From: Bigelowiella natans CCMP2755
Lineage: Eukaryota > Protista > Cercozoa
Direction: 5' to 3'
Assembly: GCA_000320545.1 (NCBI GenBank)
Contig: ADNK01000423.1
Location: 62,001-126,000, forward strand
Length of the DNA: 64,000 nt
Shown here piece after piece: positions 40,007-55,744 of the stretch (the stretch's first letter is position 1; every line of letters starts with the position of its first letter). Position numbers and translations under genes: made by a program. The notes beneath the pieces were generated by a model that saw only the letters and a list, made by a program, of their open reading frames with translations, had not been told where the DNA came from and ran no database searches.

Positions 40007-40469
40007 TTCATCTTTCTCCCAGGCAATGCAAAGAGTCAATGAAAATTATGAAGGAAATGGCGCAAATTTATCTAAGTAATCAAATCAATATGACAACAAC
40101 ATGATATACCCCTACAACCCACTCTCTTAGTTGTATTGCTTTAAGTCATCTAACGATCAAGAAGATAATGACAATGATGATGATGTTGTTGTTGTTGATG
40201 ATGATGATGTGAGAACGATGAAAGCAGGGAGAGAACGAGAGAGGTCATATGATAAACTGCTGTCTCTTACATCAACCCGTCCTCCTCCTCCTCCTCCTCC
40301 CCCTCCCTCCTAGTCATCCTTAAATTTGGTGAGCCATGATGGTCTTACTCCTCCTCCTCCTCCTCCTCCTACTACTACTACTCTAGCGATAAACAGATAT
40401 AGCAAGGCTGCAGAATGCATGGAAGGGGTTTTACAATCGGTTGTTAAAAGGTAGGCAGGGGCAGAGTAG

Positions 40470-40503
<34 letters not shown>

Positions 40504-40560
40504 TATGGTAATGATAATGATGATGGTGATGATGATGATGGAGAGATGCAGTAATCCAGG

Positions 40561-40591
<31 letters not shown>

Positions 40592-41535
40592 CATTATCTG
40601 AAACAATATACTACTAATCCTAATAATAATATTAATAATAATGATAATAAATACTACTTTTATCACTAAACATTACTGTAGGCATGGTGCACAAAGCATC
40701 GAGGCTGGTGTTACTATGAAGCGCATAGGAGAGATGTATATGATTGATAATAGGATTCAAGAAGCAAAGGTAGTAGTAGTAATAGTAGTTGTTATTGATG
40801 TTGTAGAAGAAGGTAATTAGTATGTACATGTGTTACTACTGCTAGTAGTAATAGTAATAGTATGGATTTGTAGTAGTAGCGGTAGTACCAGTAGTAGTAG
40901 CTGCTGGTGGTGGTGATGGTTCTTCTTGTGCGGTTGGAGTTTAAGTTCTAATAATAATGCAGCAGCTCAATTAGTCATACGAAAAAAATAACTTGTGAGA
41001 TAAGTAGTATTAGTAGCCGTATTTTGTCCAGAGTACTACCTCCTCTTCATCCTCCTCCTTACTATTCTTATTATTCATTATCATTTGTAGTAGTAGTAGT
41101 AGTATCATTGCTAGATTTAGGCAAAGATAGACTGTGCTACATATGATATTTTGTATTATCCAAGCAAAGATGATATGTATTTTATGTATTTTAAATTTAT
41201 TTAAATGTGATAAGGCAATGTTGAAGCGAGCGTTGTCAGTATATAATGCAATGGGAAACCATGACCAAAGGTGCTACTAGTACAGTTAATAATAATGATA
41301 ATAATTATTATAACAGTAGCAGTGAACGCTGCTGTAATCTCATTGCGTATCTGACAATTAACTACAGTATAAAGTAAGGAAAATATATTATGATGTTTTT
41401 ACGTATCATGTTATGCATGCATGTTGTCTCTCACTCGCTGCCAATGTGTATTGAATGTTTCATTACCATCAAATACCACTATAGGAATCAAGCCACGATA
41501 GCTTCGCTTAAAGACACTTTAGGTATACACGTTGC

Positions 41536-41595
<60 letters not shown>

Positions 41596-42846
41596 TGCTG
41601 TGATTCTACTTTTTCTTCTTCTTTCTCTGCTCCTTCATTGTCCTGATCATCCATTCCGGGCTGATCGATTCATTGATGATAATGACAACACAATTAACGT
41701 TGGATAGGACGAATCAAAATTGCTTTAAAGAGTACCTTGGCTATGAGGAAGAAACACCAGCCAGGGGGGGGGGCGCAATGGAGTCCAACAAATCAAGCAG
41801 TAGGCCTACGGAATAATAACAGAACCATCAATGGGTTGTTGAGCAACGAAAGGAGGGAGGGGGGGGAGGCAAAGGAAGAGGATGGCAAGATACACTGGCG
41901 CAAGCAACCACAAAGTATCATAGCAGCATCATCATCATCATCATCATCGAAGTACTACGATGATGATGTTAATAATCGAGAAGACGACATTGGAGTCACT
42001 GATGATGATATTCAGAAGAAGAAGAAGAAGAAGAAGAAGGAATACCACGATGATGATGTAATGATTGGAAAAGACAAAGACGAAGAAGCAGTTAGGAGCA
42101 ACCAGAAAGATGACAAAGAAGAAGATACGGCAAACGTAAAGGCAAATGACAACGACATATTAGTAGACAGCACAGTGGATGCTGCAGCTGGTGGTGGTGA
42201 TGGTAGTGCTGCTTCTAAGCAGCCCCAACTTCTAGAAAATGAATGGCCAAGACATCCAATCACCAAAATCGACGAGGACGATGACAATAAGAAACAGCAT
42301 TTACTAGAAGAAGAAGAACAAGTAGGAGGAGGAGGAGGAGGAGGAACTAGTGCTCATGAAACAAAAGCACGCACCAGTGGCAATGGCATACAGATCCCCT
42401 CCCCCCTTTCAGATAATAGGAGTGATAATGTTCAGATCCCTGCAGCAGCAGCAGGTATTCCGAAAGAATCATCTATGAAGAGTTGTTCCTTCCAGAACAA
42501 ATGCCAAAGAATCTATCTATCTATCTATCTATCTTTCTCGCAACTGTATTTCTCATTAAATATAAAATGTGTTATTATTCATCAGACACTGCTGCTGATG
42601 ACGACGACGACAATAAAAATAATTCTGATAGTGACCTCAGCTTCACGGTGAACAAGGAAGAAGGTATTTGCTATCATAACAAAAGATAAATTTACCAATG
42701 CTGTTACTACGGTGAGAATGAGTAGATAGTCGTCTTTGTTTCGCACATCGTATCATTCACTGACTACAACCCCGTAATTTGTATCCGATCGTCTGTTGTA
42801 ACAACTTTCCTACGTACGTCGTACAGATGCGAGCGATGATTGGTAA
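35239..42846 (+). CDS. TPR-repeat protein (TTC23-like N-terminal half) with acidic low-complexity C-terminus; many exons
   Basis: Spliced exons give helical repeats AHCRVSESYLLGGMHTQAMQHAFE, VLCEMAEAYWREEKQNKSIDTL, TYLHLGQAYCKRNEYDRASDHLLRAVRI, TMKRIGEMYMIDNRIQEAKAMLKRALSVY; large exon ~41708-42455; ends DASDDW*. Confidence 0.7.
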
Positions 42847-42989
42847 AGAAGCGGTTGATTATAACATTTTATACAGTCTCAGCAAATATGGTTTTCAACA
42901 TTATTGGAGAATTAAATGGTATCAAGAGACAATAAGAGGTTGATAACTCTGATGAACTCCGATTGCCTTTGATTCGTACAAGTAGTTGT

Positions 42990-43510
42990 AGAGTTCTAAT
43001 CCACAAGCTAGCAAGCTGGATCTATAATATGAGGCTAATCTAGAAAACTTACGCTTGGATAGCTGTTACTTTAGCATGCCTAGATGTGTTATTCCTTGCT
43101 TTTAGATTTGGAATCAAAGTATCTGCGAGCTAATATTCTATTAAAATCTTCATAGCACATGGCAAGATGGGCTATAGTTGCATGTAGCTAGGTAGATGCG
43201 CTCATCACCTAAACAATGAGCTCACAGTTGTTGCGCTAGCTACAATGCTGCACACTGTCGCTTTCTATGCATGATATGTACTTGGCTTTGCGCAGGCAGG
43301 CAACAAAATAATAATCATAATATTCGATTCCACATACGTACATGCTAGCATGAGCAGCAACTGAGTTGGCTTTAGTTACGTTTTGTTAATAATTATTATA
43401 TATAACTGCTCCAGCTAGCCAGCATGCCATATCATCAGCCACATGTGCACATCATCTAGACATGATGTGAGAGGCCGATCTAGCGACGAATACCACTAGG
43501 CTACAATCAA
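42990..43510. repeat. CTAG/CATG-rich intergenic island between convergent genes
   Basis: Repeated gctagc, catgctagcatg, acatgtgcacat and tctaga words. Confidence 0.45.
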
Positions 43511-43699
43511 TGGCAAGTGGGGATGTAGGCTCGACGATCGGATTACAAAAAAAGCGTGATGATGATACGATAGCGGTTTATTCGCAGCTCTCATGGTTTA
43601 TTCCTAAATTCTATGATCCATCTAGAACCCAGCAATCGCCTCGGCCTTGTTATATATACAAGAAAAACAAATACTTACATTTTCAACTTTAATTAGTTT

Positions 43700-44349
43700 A
43701 ATTTATTATTTCGAAAACAGGCCTCATACGCACCTGGGCTTGCAAAAGAGCGTCGTCAGCTTTCTGTGCATCACTTAATTGATCATCACCTTAATATGTG
43801 CAACAAGTTTTAGTATGGATTGGAACTAGAACAAGGAATGGTGAGAGAAAGGAAATTACCATAATTTAAATGCTCATAACTTACCCCTGCAGTCTTTAAT
43901 CCATGATTTCTCCCCCCGTCTATGTGAACGATGTAATTTGGAACCTCTGCCAGATACATTCAGTATCAGCATTACTGCTACTTTGCACAGGAGATTATTA
44001 TCTATCACATGTAGAGCTTCAATAAGCACTAAATGTAAGGATTATGGACAAACGTAGTACGATGTTTTTTATAGTAATTACAACTTTCTCAACGAAAAGG
44101 ATTGAGCAGCAGCCTTGTTGTTTCTCCCATCAGCAGCAGCAGCAGAAGGATGATCGCCAGTAGTATCCATCATCATCATAGTTATTCCAGAACAGTCATC
44201 TAAAAGACCACACTACAAGAAGTGGTGGTAGCAAGTAGGAAGAATGGTAAATGACCCCACAATTGAATGTTAGCTTTCTCTTATTACTATCAGTATTAGT
44301 ATCTCTCATCATCATATAATTGAACCCCCCCTCCTCTCCCTCTGCCTCT

Positions 44350-44393
<44 letters not shown>

Positions 44394-45128
44394 CTTATCT
44401 AGTCATCATGAATTCTCATTACACCTTCGCTTGTGCTGCTTCTAAGGTAGGAAATGAACGAATAGGCCCCTACAACAACATCATCATCATCATCTCCAGA
44501 GAGAAATAATAACAACTCATATAATACACTTCTCGAGAATAGCCCCTATCTCTCATAGATATGTTGATCGTCCTTATCGTCATCATCCTCCTCCTCCTCC
44601 TCCTCATCATCATCATCATCACCATCATCTCCTATTCCCTTTCTGTCTACCTCCAAGAACGTTCCCAGATGCGGTCCCTGAAACGTGCACTTATTTTCTT
44701 GGACAGGGTTAGTAGTAGTAATAGTAGTAGTAGGAAAATAAGAAAAGATAGAGAGTAAGAGATGACAAGGTGGAACGTAAGAAAAAGGATGATGTAAGAA
44801 CATACTACGGCTATCACTATCATAGCGGTGGTCATCACTAAATTGTCATCATCATCATCATCATCATCATCATCTCCTCTTTCTGTGTAGATACAACTAT
44901 TACTTACTACTGCTACTACTACCCGAAGCTCTGATTTGGCCATAGATACTGTTCAATACTTGTTCTGGAATTATCCCCTTTACCTACCATTTTATTGATT
45001 GATTCATTGATTGATTCATTGATTGTTGCTGGTGACTACGTTGATCGTATGGAAGATTACAACAACAACAACTACTACTACTACTACTACTACATCAATC
45101 ACATCATCATTCAGTTATAATTCAAAAC

Positions 45129-45161
<33 letters not shown>

Positions 45162-46065
45162 AATCATAGACTTACCATCAAATCTTCAATTCCATCCATT
45201 GCTTCATATACATCGTTATTGGTGTTATATCTAGTAGGTAGGGTTGAGAATAATAATAATAATAAGAGATATGAATTTATGAGTACTAGTACCAGTCTAA
45301 ACAACACTGTCATTTGGTACAGCAGACTTCTAATACTATATGACCTCTCCTCCACTTTTTTGATTGAGTCCACATTCGTTACTACCCCTGGATCATATAT
45401 AAAATATAATTCAAAATTTGATTCTTAGAGTAATAATTTGAATTAATCAGCATTCATAATGACTATCAGTCGAGGACAAATAATTTGTTGACAAGCACAA
45501 TATTTAGTGACGATGATGGCGATGATGATGATGATGATGATGGTGGTGATGATGGTGATGATGATATTGTTGTGGTCGTATGATGTGTCAAAACAACAAC
45601 CCGCTGCTTGTATCATTGATCTAAATTCATCAGCCATCTCACGAAGAGTGCCTGTGAAATTGGTTGATCAAAGGATGATGATGATAATCAAGATATACGA
45701 ATGTTCTTCTCGAAACACAAGTCATCAGTTGATACTGCAAATAATATAATCTCAATTAAAATGACTCTTCTTTTTTTCCTCTTCTTCTCTTCATGGGGTG
45801 TGTGTATTATATAATAAGCACTGCCGCCACCATATTCTTAAAAATGATGTTATCATCATCCACCAATGTTTGACGTATTATGACCAAACAATCAATCAAT
45901 TATCACTATCAACATTGCCATCATCATCACGACCAACAACTGAGTAGTGCATTCCTTATAAATCATCAATGTAGCAGTAGCGGCAGCAACAACAGCATGA
46001 ATTGGCTAGACATGAGCACCATCAAGTACACGACATTATCTATCGTTCTGTTGGTTTATAGTCTT

Positions 46066-46098
<33 letters not shown>

Positions 46099-46481
46099 CC
46101 TGAACCATCGTAGTTCCATCTGATGATATTATTGTTATTATTCAAAAGTAATATTGCATATGCAACTGCTGCTAAGTGCTTCTTCTTCTTCTTCTTCTTC
46201 TTCTTCAATGGCATTACAGTATCTTCTTTCATGGTGTAGTAGTGGTAGTAGTAGTAGTAGTAGTAGTAGTAGTAATAAGATTGGTGGTTGGTTTGTCGTA
46301 ATATGACGATGCATAATACATACTCGTAAGCATCCATGTTGTTTTGCAGCTGATGACTAAGAGCACTTAAATCCCTCTTTCCACGACCAGATCCAACAGC
46401 TATGATGATGATTATGATGATGATTATGATGATGATGATGATGATGATAATGATAAGTTCCACGACCATATCCAACAGCTA

Positions 46482-46519
<38 letters not shown>

Positions 46520-47185
46520 CACTTGCACGACTGTTAGTGCTGCTGCCGCCATTTATTTTGTAGCCGCCATTTATTTTGTAGTTCGGTGACTTGCCCCTTC
46601 CTCCTCCTCATCCAATCCCTTATGTGAGAAGTGACAAAACATGAGCAGCAGCAGTATTACTACCTGCTTCTAACATTGCAGATTCAACAACCTTAAGCAA
46701 TGCCTGGGTGAAGTAGCGCATACGAACAACAACAACAAAAACAACAAAGAAGAAGAAAAAGAATTATTCATGTGCTAATCTACCGATGAAACAGCAGCCC
46801 AGACTACAACGTCTAGATCTTATTGACTATAGTGTGATAGAATCTATTTATAGTGACAGAAAAGAGGAGGAGGAGGAGGAGGAGGAGGAAACGAAATTTA
46901 GCAGTATCATCAGTTGTAGTATCATGATGCGTAATAGCCATTGTTGTAATTTATGGTTAATAATCATTCACAAACAGCAAGGGGGGGGTAGATGTAATAT
47001 TGTCGCATTATCATCATCATCATTATTGTTATAACAGATGATGATGATGATGATGATGATGATGATAACGATGATAATAATGATGGCATGAGGAAGTGAT
47101 GACAGTAAACAGTAGTAGTAGCAGAAGATGAAGAAGAAGAAGAAGAAGAAGAAGAAGAAGAAGAAGAAGAAGAAAGCACAAGTGG

Positions 47186-47220
<35 letters not shown>

Positions 47221-47708
47221 TTACTATTACTACTAACTTACTAACCCTCCATTTAGCCTGGGTTTGAGTAGTTGCAGTAAGTAACTTCTTAAAAAGTATT
47301 AGTCCTTTTCTTCTTCTACCACCTCCTTCACTTGTTCCTAGATAATGATGATGATCATTATGTGCGAAGAAGAAGAAACCTTCTAAAACAAAGGTATTGC
47401 TCCTTCTACCACAATTACTGCTATTACACATAACAACAAAACATGCTCTTGTCATCATGAACATTACTACTACTACGACTAAAGTAAACATGTTGTGTTG
47501 TCCTCCCATCATCATCATCATCATAACAAAGAACGATATGGGTCTACTAGCTAGCTACCAAGCACCTTCTTGGCTGCTACTGCTGCTGTTATCCTCCTCA
47601 TGATACAACTCATCTCTGTACCACTTAAACACACAAAGCACACACACACACACACATCTTTTAAATGTAACGAAGGGACGGAGGTCTTCTCCTTCCCTCT
47701 TCTCTCTT

Positions 47709-47780
<72 letters not shown>

Positions 47781-47908
47781 TTCTCTCTCTTTCTCTTTCC
47801 TTCAATGCTGCATTCATGCATGAAAACATGATGATGATAGAGCATTTCAAAGGAACGAAAGAAAATACGTCGTCATAAAACAACACACACACACACACAC
47901 ATATTATA

Positions 47909-47950
<42 letters not shown>

Positions 47951-48084
47951 AACAGTGGATGTCGTCTCATTCGTTGGCCATCAACAAGAATAAAACAAAT
48001 AATAAATGTATCCAAATCCTTAAATAACGCTCACTACTACTTACTACTACTTACTACTACTACTTGCTACTACTTACTACTACT

Positions 48085-48117
<33 letters not shown>

Positions 48118-49129
48118 GAATCAATGATACGATTGTGTTGTCATCGTCATCGTTCTGGACGTTGTGAAACTTCTCTCGATATAAATACTTGATGGTAGTA
48201 GTAGTAGAAGAGTACCTTGAATACTTGTTCAACCACTACTTGAACCCTGTACCTTTCTCTACTGTGGATAGTAAAACAACAACAACACCAAGAATGATAA
48301 ACAATAATCAACATCATTTATCGGCGATGTGTTGTGCTTTCAGTTAGAGAAAAACTTTTTGTTTTTTTTTTACTTTTTCCTTTCCATTAAGTTGATAAAA
48401 AATGACTTGTGACGCTGCAGCTACTGATGATGATGACGGCGACGATGATGATGATGATGATGATGATGACCTCTTGTCAATCTTCGGTTGCTGATTCTTT
48501 TTCTTATCCTTCTTCTTCTTCAATGTATCATTATCTTGATGTGATGTTGTCTCTCCATTAACCGTTGATGATAATCCTGGAATATTCTATAGTGGTAGCA
48601 GCAGCAGTATAGCAGTCGTAGCAGTAGTAGTAGACCATCCGTGATAAGAACCCATGCAGCAGAAAATACACTTTACATATGTGTGCGCGTGTGCGTGTGT
48701 TTGTATTTTTCCTGATGCTGCTGTCCTCCTTTGTTGTCTAGGAACTTAAACGATAAATTATCTCTATGGCAATGATTTTGTCAGCCTCATATCACCGGTC
48801 TATTATAATTTTCTTTCGCAGTCACAGCCTCTCTCAATCAAGCCCTCTCATTATTCTTATTCTTCCTCTTATTTTTATTGTTGTCGTTTATGTTGTTGTT
48901 TTTGTAGGAATAATTGTAGTATTACTTCAACTACTAGTCCATCTTCGAGCTCGGATACTTGGTCATGAGAACGTCCTTTCTCTCTTATGAAGAAATCATG
49001 GTATCTTGCCTCTTCCAGCTACATTCATGAGAGCATATGCATTCGATTAGGTTATAATAAGTATCAATAAGAAGATAATTAAAATGTAACAACTTCTTAA
49101 TTCACCTTTACAATCAAAAGAGAGAATGT

Positions 49130-49169
<40 letters not shown>

Positions 49170-49243
49170 TAATGCTGGTAAACTCATCTTCGTACCACAG
49201 AAACATAATAAACATACACAAACACACACACACACACACACAC

Positions 49244-49286
<43 letters not shown>

Positions 49287-49530
49287 TACTTTGTATTCGC
49301 ACGCAAAACTACAACTTTAACAACAACAACAAACCACAACAACACTACTACTACCAGGACGATGACGATGTGAACGACGATAATACTTGACTACTACTAC
49401 TACTAATGCTATTACTACATCTATCACCTGATCCCGTGCAACTTCCGTGCGAGTTTCTCTGATAAGAGAACAACGAGAACCAGAGATCCAGAGGAAAAGG
49501 AGGAGGAGGAGGAGGGAGGGGAAGAATGAG

Positions 49531-49563
<33 letters not shown>

Positions 49564-50724
49564 GTCATCGTCATTACCTGTCCATTTCAGCAATCAAGTC
49601 CTGTGCCTGTATCAAACAAATAGTGATAGTAGTAGTAGTAGTAGTAGTAGCAGCAAAATGGATGGATGCCCTTCTTCTTCTTCTTCTTCTTCTTCTTCTT
49701 CTTCTTTCGGTAATACTATTAACAATTACTGATGATAAAGAGGAGAGAATGGTAGTGGATCATCATCATCATCATCATCATAATCATCATCACCATTCAT
49801 TAAAACCTTTCTTCCTCTCTTGCTCATTCCTTCCAGGACTCCCTCAGTTATGTTCAATATTCTCTGATGATGATGATGATAATGCTGATGATGATGATGA
49901 TGATGATGATGATGACTCATGGTCAAATACTACTACTGCTTCTATTGCTTATAAGAACGATGTCCATGGTAACAACAAAGAAAATAAAGAGTGTATTACA
50001 GGGACGGTATACAACAGTAAATTATATCATAATTATTTTATGTAGTATAGAATATAATAATAAATACTCCACCATCATATAAATGCTACATTACCATTAT
50101 AATAAGAGAAAGAGAGTAGTACCTTAGCGAAGGAGTCGATCCTGGGTTTATATTTAGTAACAGGTACATCTGCGCCATCATCACCACCAACATCAAATTA
50201 TCATAATATGCTACATAATGCCTAATTCCTACAACAGCAAAACAACAGTAAACAACAACCACTGCATAATAAAGTATTTTACTACTTTACAGCTATTACC
50301 TCGCCTCATTCTCTTAATTTCATACTACTTTACAGCTATTACCTCGCCTCAGTCTCTTAATTTCATCCTTCATATTATAGTACAATGCCCCCATATCTTG
50401 TAGATCAACTATCTGTAATATAGCGATAAACCACGCATCAAGATATTGCTGCTACATATTCTCTGAGTGCTGCTGCTGTGTTTATTGCTGCTACATACAG
50501 ACCTCATGCATGCAGCGCAGCATATTCTACTCTTTGTATCTACTACCTGTCCCTTAAGAGCGTCTCGTAGACTCATATGTGACTCTATCAGTTTATGATG
50601 AGCATTGCGCTCTTCCAGCCTGCTTAGAACCTGGGGATGCAAGCAGATTCCACACAGAGGAGTGAGTATGTTTGATATGCAGACCCCGTCATTAACGAAA
50701 GAGACGAATGATGAGAGAAAAGGG

Positions 50725-50767
<43 letters not shown>

Positions 50768-51532
50768 AGAGAGAACGAGAGAACAATATCCAGAACTGTT
50801 TCAGTAAATATTGCATACAACTATATGTTCTACGATTATTCTTCCCGATCATATTCACTTGCCCAAGCTTGTTTGTTTCTCTTGAAAGGGGGGCGGGTTA
50901 TACATATTTCAAACAATTGTCTGTCGATGCAAAAACATCATCTTCAGGACAGCTACTGCCGACTTTTTCTTTTTCGGTTGCTTCCTGGGCTGCTCTAGAT
51001 CGTAACTCAACCTGAAAGACAAAACAATTGGCTTAGTTAATCACCCTCATCATCATCATCATCATCATCATCATACTGCAAGAATTTCGTTGATAATTAG
51101 GAGGAGGCAGCATCAACATCACATTGCTTCAAGACAGACAACGAAGAAGGAGAAGAAAAGGAACAAGAAGGTAAAATCTCTTTTAGCAGAATGTTCATCA
51201 TCATCATCACCATCATCACCTCCACCACTACCTTGTAGATAGTAGTTCCAAGAATTACGATAACAAATCCAATGAAGAGGAGAGTGTAAACCACAAACTT
51301 CAAACATGTGTTTTGCGCAAGAATATACCTACAAAGTATTGCTGCATCGATCAAAATCTATTTACCAAGGTGCTCCCCAAGGAATGGATAAATAAGTGAG
51401 TTTAAGGTGGATGGTTCATCATTACGCTGGATCTTTGTCGCCAGCTCCTGTTTTCGCCTTTTTGATCCCAATGCTATCCAGGAGACCCCGAGAGGAATCT
51501 CGGAATGTTTTCCGGCCTTTGAACGGAATCAT
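43700..51532 (-). CDS. Uncharacterised single-pass membrane protein with long helical/coiled-coil region (many small exons; 3' end approximate)
   Basis: MIPFKGRKTFRDSSRGLLDSIGIKKAK, TM segment FVVYTLLFIGFVIVILGTTIY, then exons VLSRLEERNAHHKLIESHMSLRDALKGQ, IVDLQDMGALYYNMKDEIKRLRR, LEEARYHDFF, DLSALSHQLQNNMDAYE, TLREMADEFRSMIQAA, bounded by GT-AG. Confidence 0.55.
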
Positions 51533-51779
51533 GATGATTCACCAGTTCTTGTTACGAACACATGAACAATCGATGCGAAATTCAAGCTTGAGCTCGTGGT
51601 GATGATGATGATGATGATGATGATAAAGAAGATCTGTCACGATGTGGTGGTGATCTGTGAGGCCACTTACCAAACTACTGAAAACGGCCTCAATGAGCAA
51701 CTTACGACATCATTCTCCGCAACTGATCACTCAAAAAACACGGATAGGTGTTTGGGTTTCAAGCGATCTTGCGTGCAAG

Positions 51780-52330
51780 TCGAGCACAGTCGATCTACAT
51801 GGACAGTGCACAGAGACAGTCAGTGTGCCTGAATGATGAATGAATTGCAACACCCCATGCAGACACCGCCGGGAACCATGGCATGCAATCTAGCAATGCT
51901 GGAATGATCATTGTGGCCACAGAACATCCCAATAATCTAGCCATCAGCAACAACATTGCACGACTACGACGGCGTTAGCGTTCCAACAGTTTCTGGGTTT
52001 GCATGGAAGCATTTGCATGCTTCTTGGAACTTCTGGACTTTTTGCCATCCATTTGGATCGGATTACCGTGCGTCTTGCGCTGCAACAGTGTGTGCGCCTC
52101 ACGTTTTTCCGACCGCGTGCATGCAGAGGTTGCTAGATTGGGATGCACACACTAGCACAGCATGCTAGCATGGAGCTTGACTCATGGGCATGCTACATCG
52201 AGCAACGAGCTAGCAATGTGCGTGTAGACTGTATGAAACTCAATCAGTAGCGATGCATCTACTGGTGAGAGATCAATTTGTCGAATCCATGCAGCACAGT
52301 GACATGAATGTGTGGAAAATGTCTTCATGC
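51780..52330. repeat. TpA-depleted intergenic island
   Basis: 11 TA in 51781-52200 by hand count, 9 of them in CTA and/or TAG context. Confidence 0.55.
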
Positions 52331-52338
52331 AGACAGAC

Positions 52339-54816
<2,478 letters not shown>

Positions 54817-55501
54817 AGAGGCCTATGTAGCAAGGCGGGATTCGTTAACCTTGACTGGGTAAATTATTCCCGATGATTACTGTTTGTGCGTCAGTGTAAT
54901 TAAAGTACAGAAATCTACGACAGTATCACGATACGATCACCTCAGGTGAGTGGGCCCATCATTAGTTATGGTGTCGGAATCTCCTACTCATCTCGAGAGA
55001 GAGTCTCTCTCCAATGGTACTCTCATCTACGCAGATCTATTATTGGAGCACACAACACTACTACAGGTACTGGGATTTACTTACGGGTATTATTTTACCT
55101 TAATCTCACCACTACTACCCTCCCTTAATTAAATTATGAAATATTTAGTAATTAATAATTTCGGATGAGCTACGTAATTACTGCAGTGTACTTGTAGATC
55201 TAGTACTTGCATCACACTTTGTTCGTGCTTACTACTAGGTACTAGACAAAGGAAGGACAAGGGGGGGGGGGAGGAGGTGGAGAAGGAAAAGAAAAGAGTA
55301 TCTTTAATTTGCCCCACTTCTCCCAGCCTTAACGGTTGTGAAACTCAACGTCTCAATATCTAATATAAAATGTCTCCTGTTCTCTTACCACTGCTCAGCA
55401 AACGACGTGTTGCAACGTGCATTCATTGACAAACATTGAAGATAATTCAAAATTCTGGATATCCTTCAACAAGAATAGAGAAAGAAAAGTTGCGAGAAAG
55501 C

Positions 55502-55709
55502 ATGGTCGTCGAGTGTATGAAAAATAAGGATACAGCAGTGTTCGCAAGAAAGCATGCTCGAATAATAATAAAGAGATACTACGGATGATGATGTATTCAA
55601 AATAAGTTATGATTTAGTAATCACATCATCCTATATCCTTAATATTACTTTCTAATTGGTTTCAGCAGGTCGTGAAGGGGCCGCTGAGTTCATTTTCTTC
55701 ATCGTCATT

Positions 55710-55744
<35 letters not shown>

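Noticed and set aside
43700-51532. Polycystin/TRP-type channel
   Set aside because: Only one TM segment found; the rest is soluble helical sequence.
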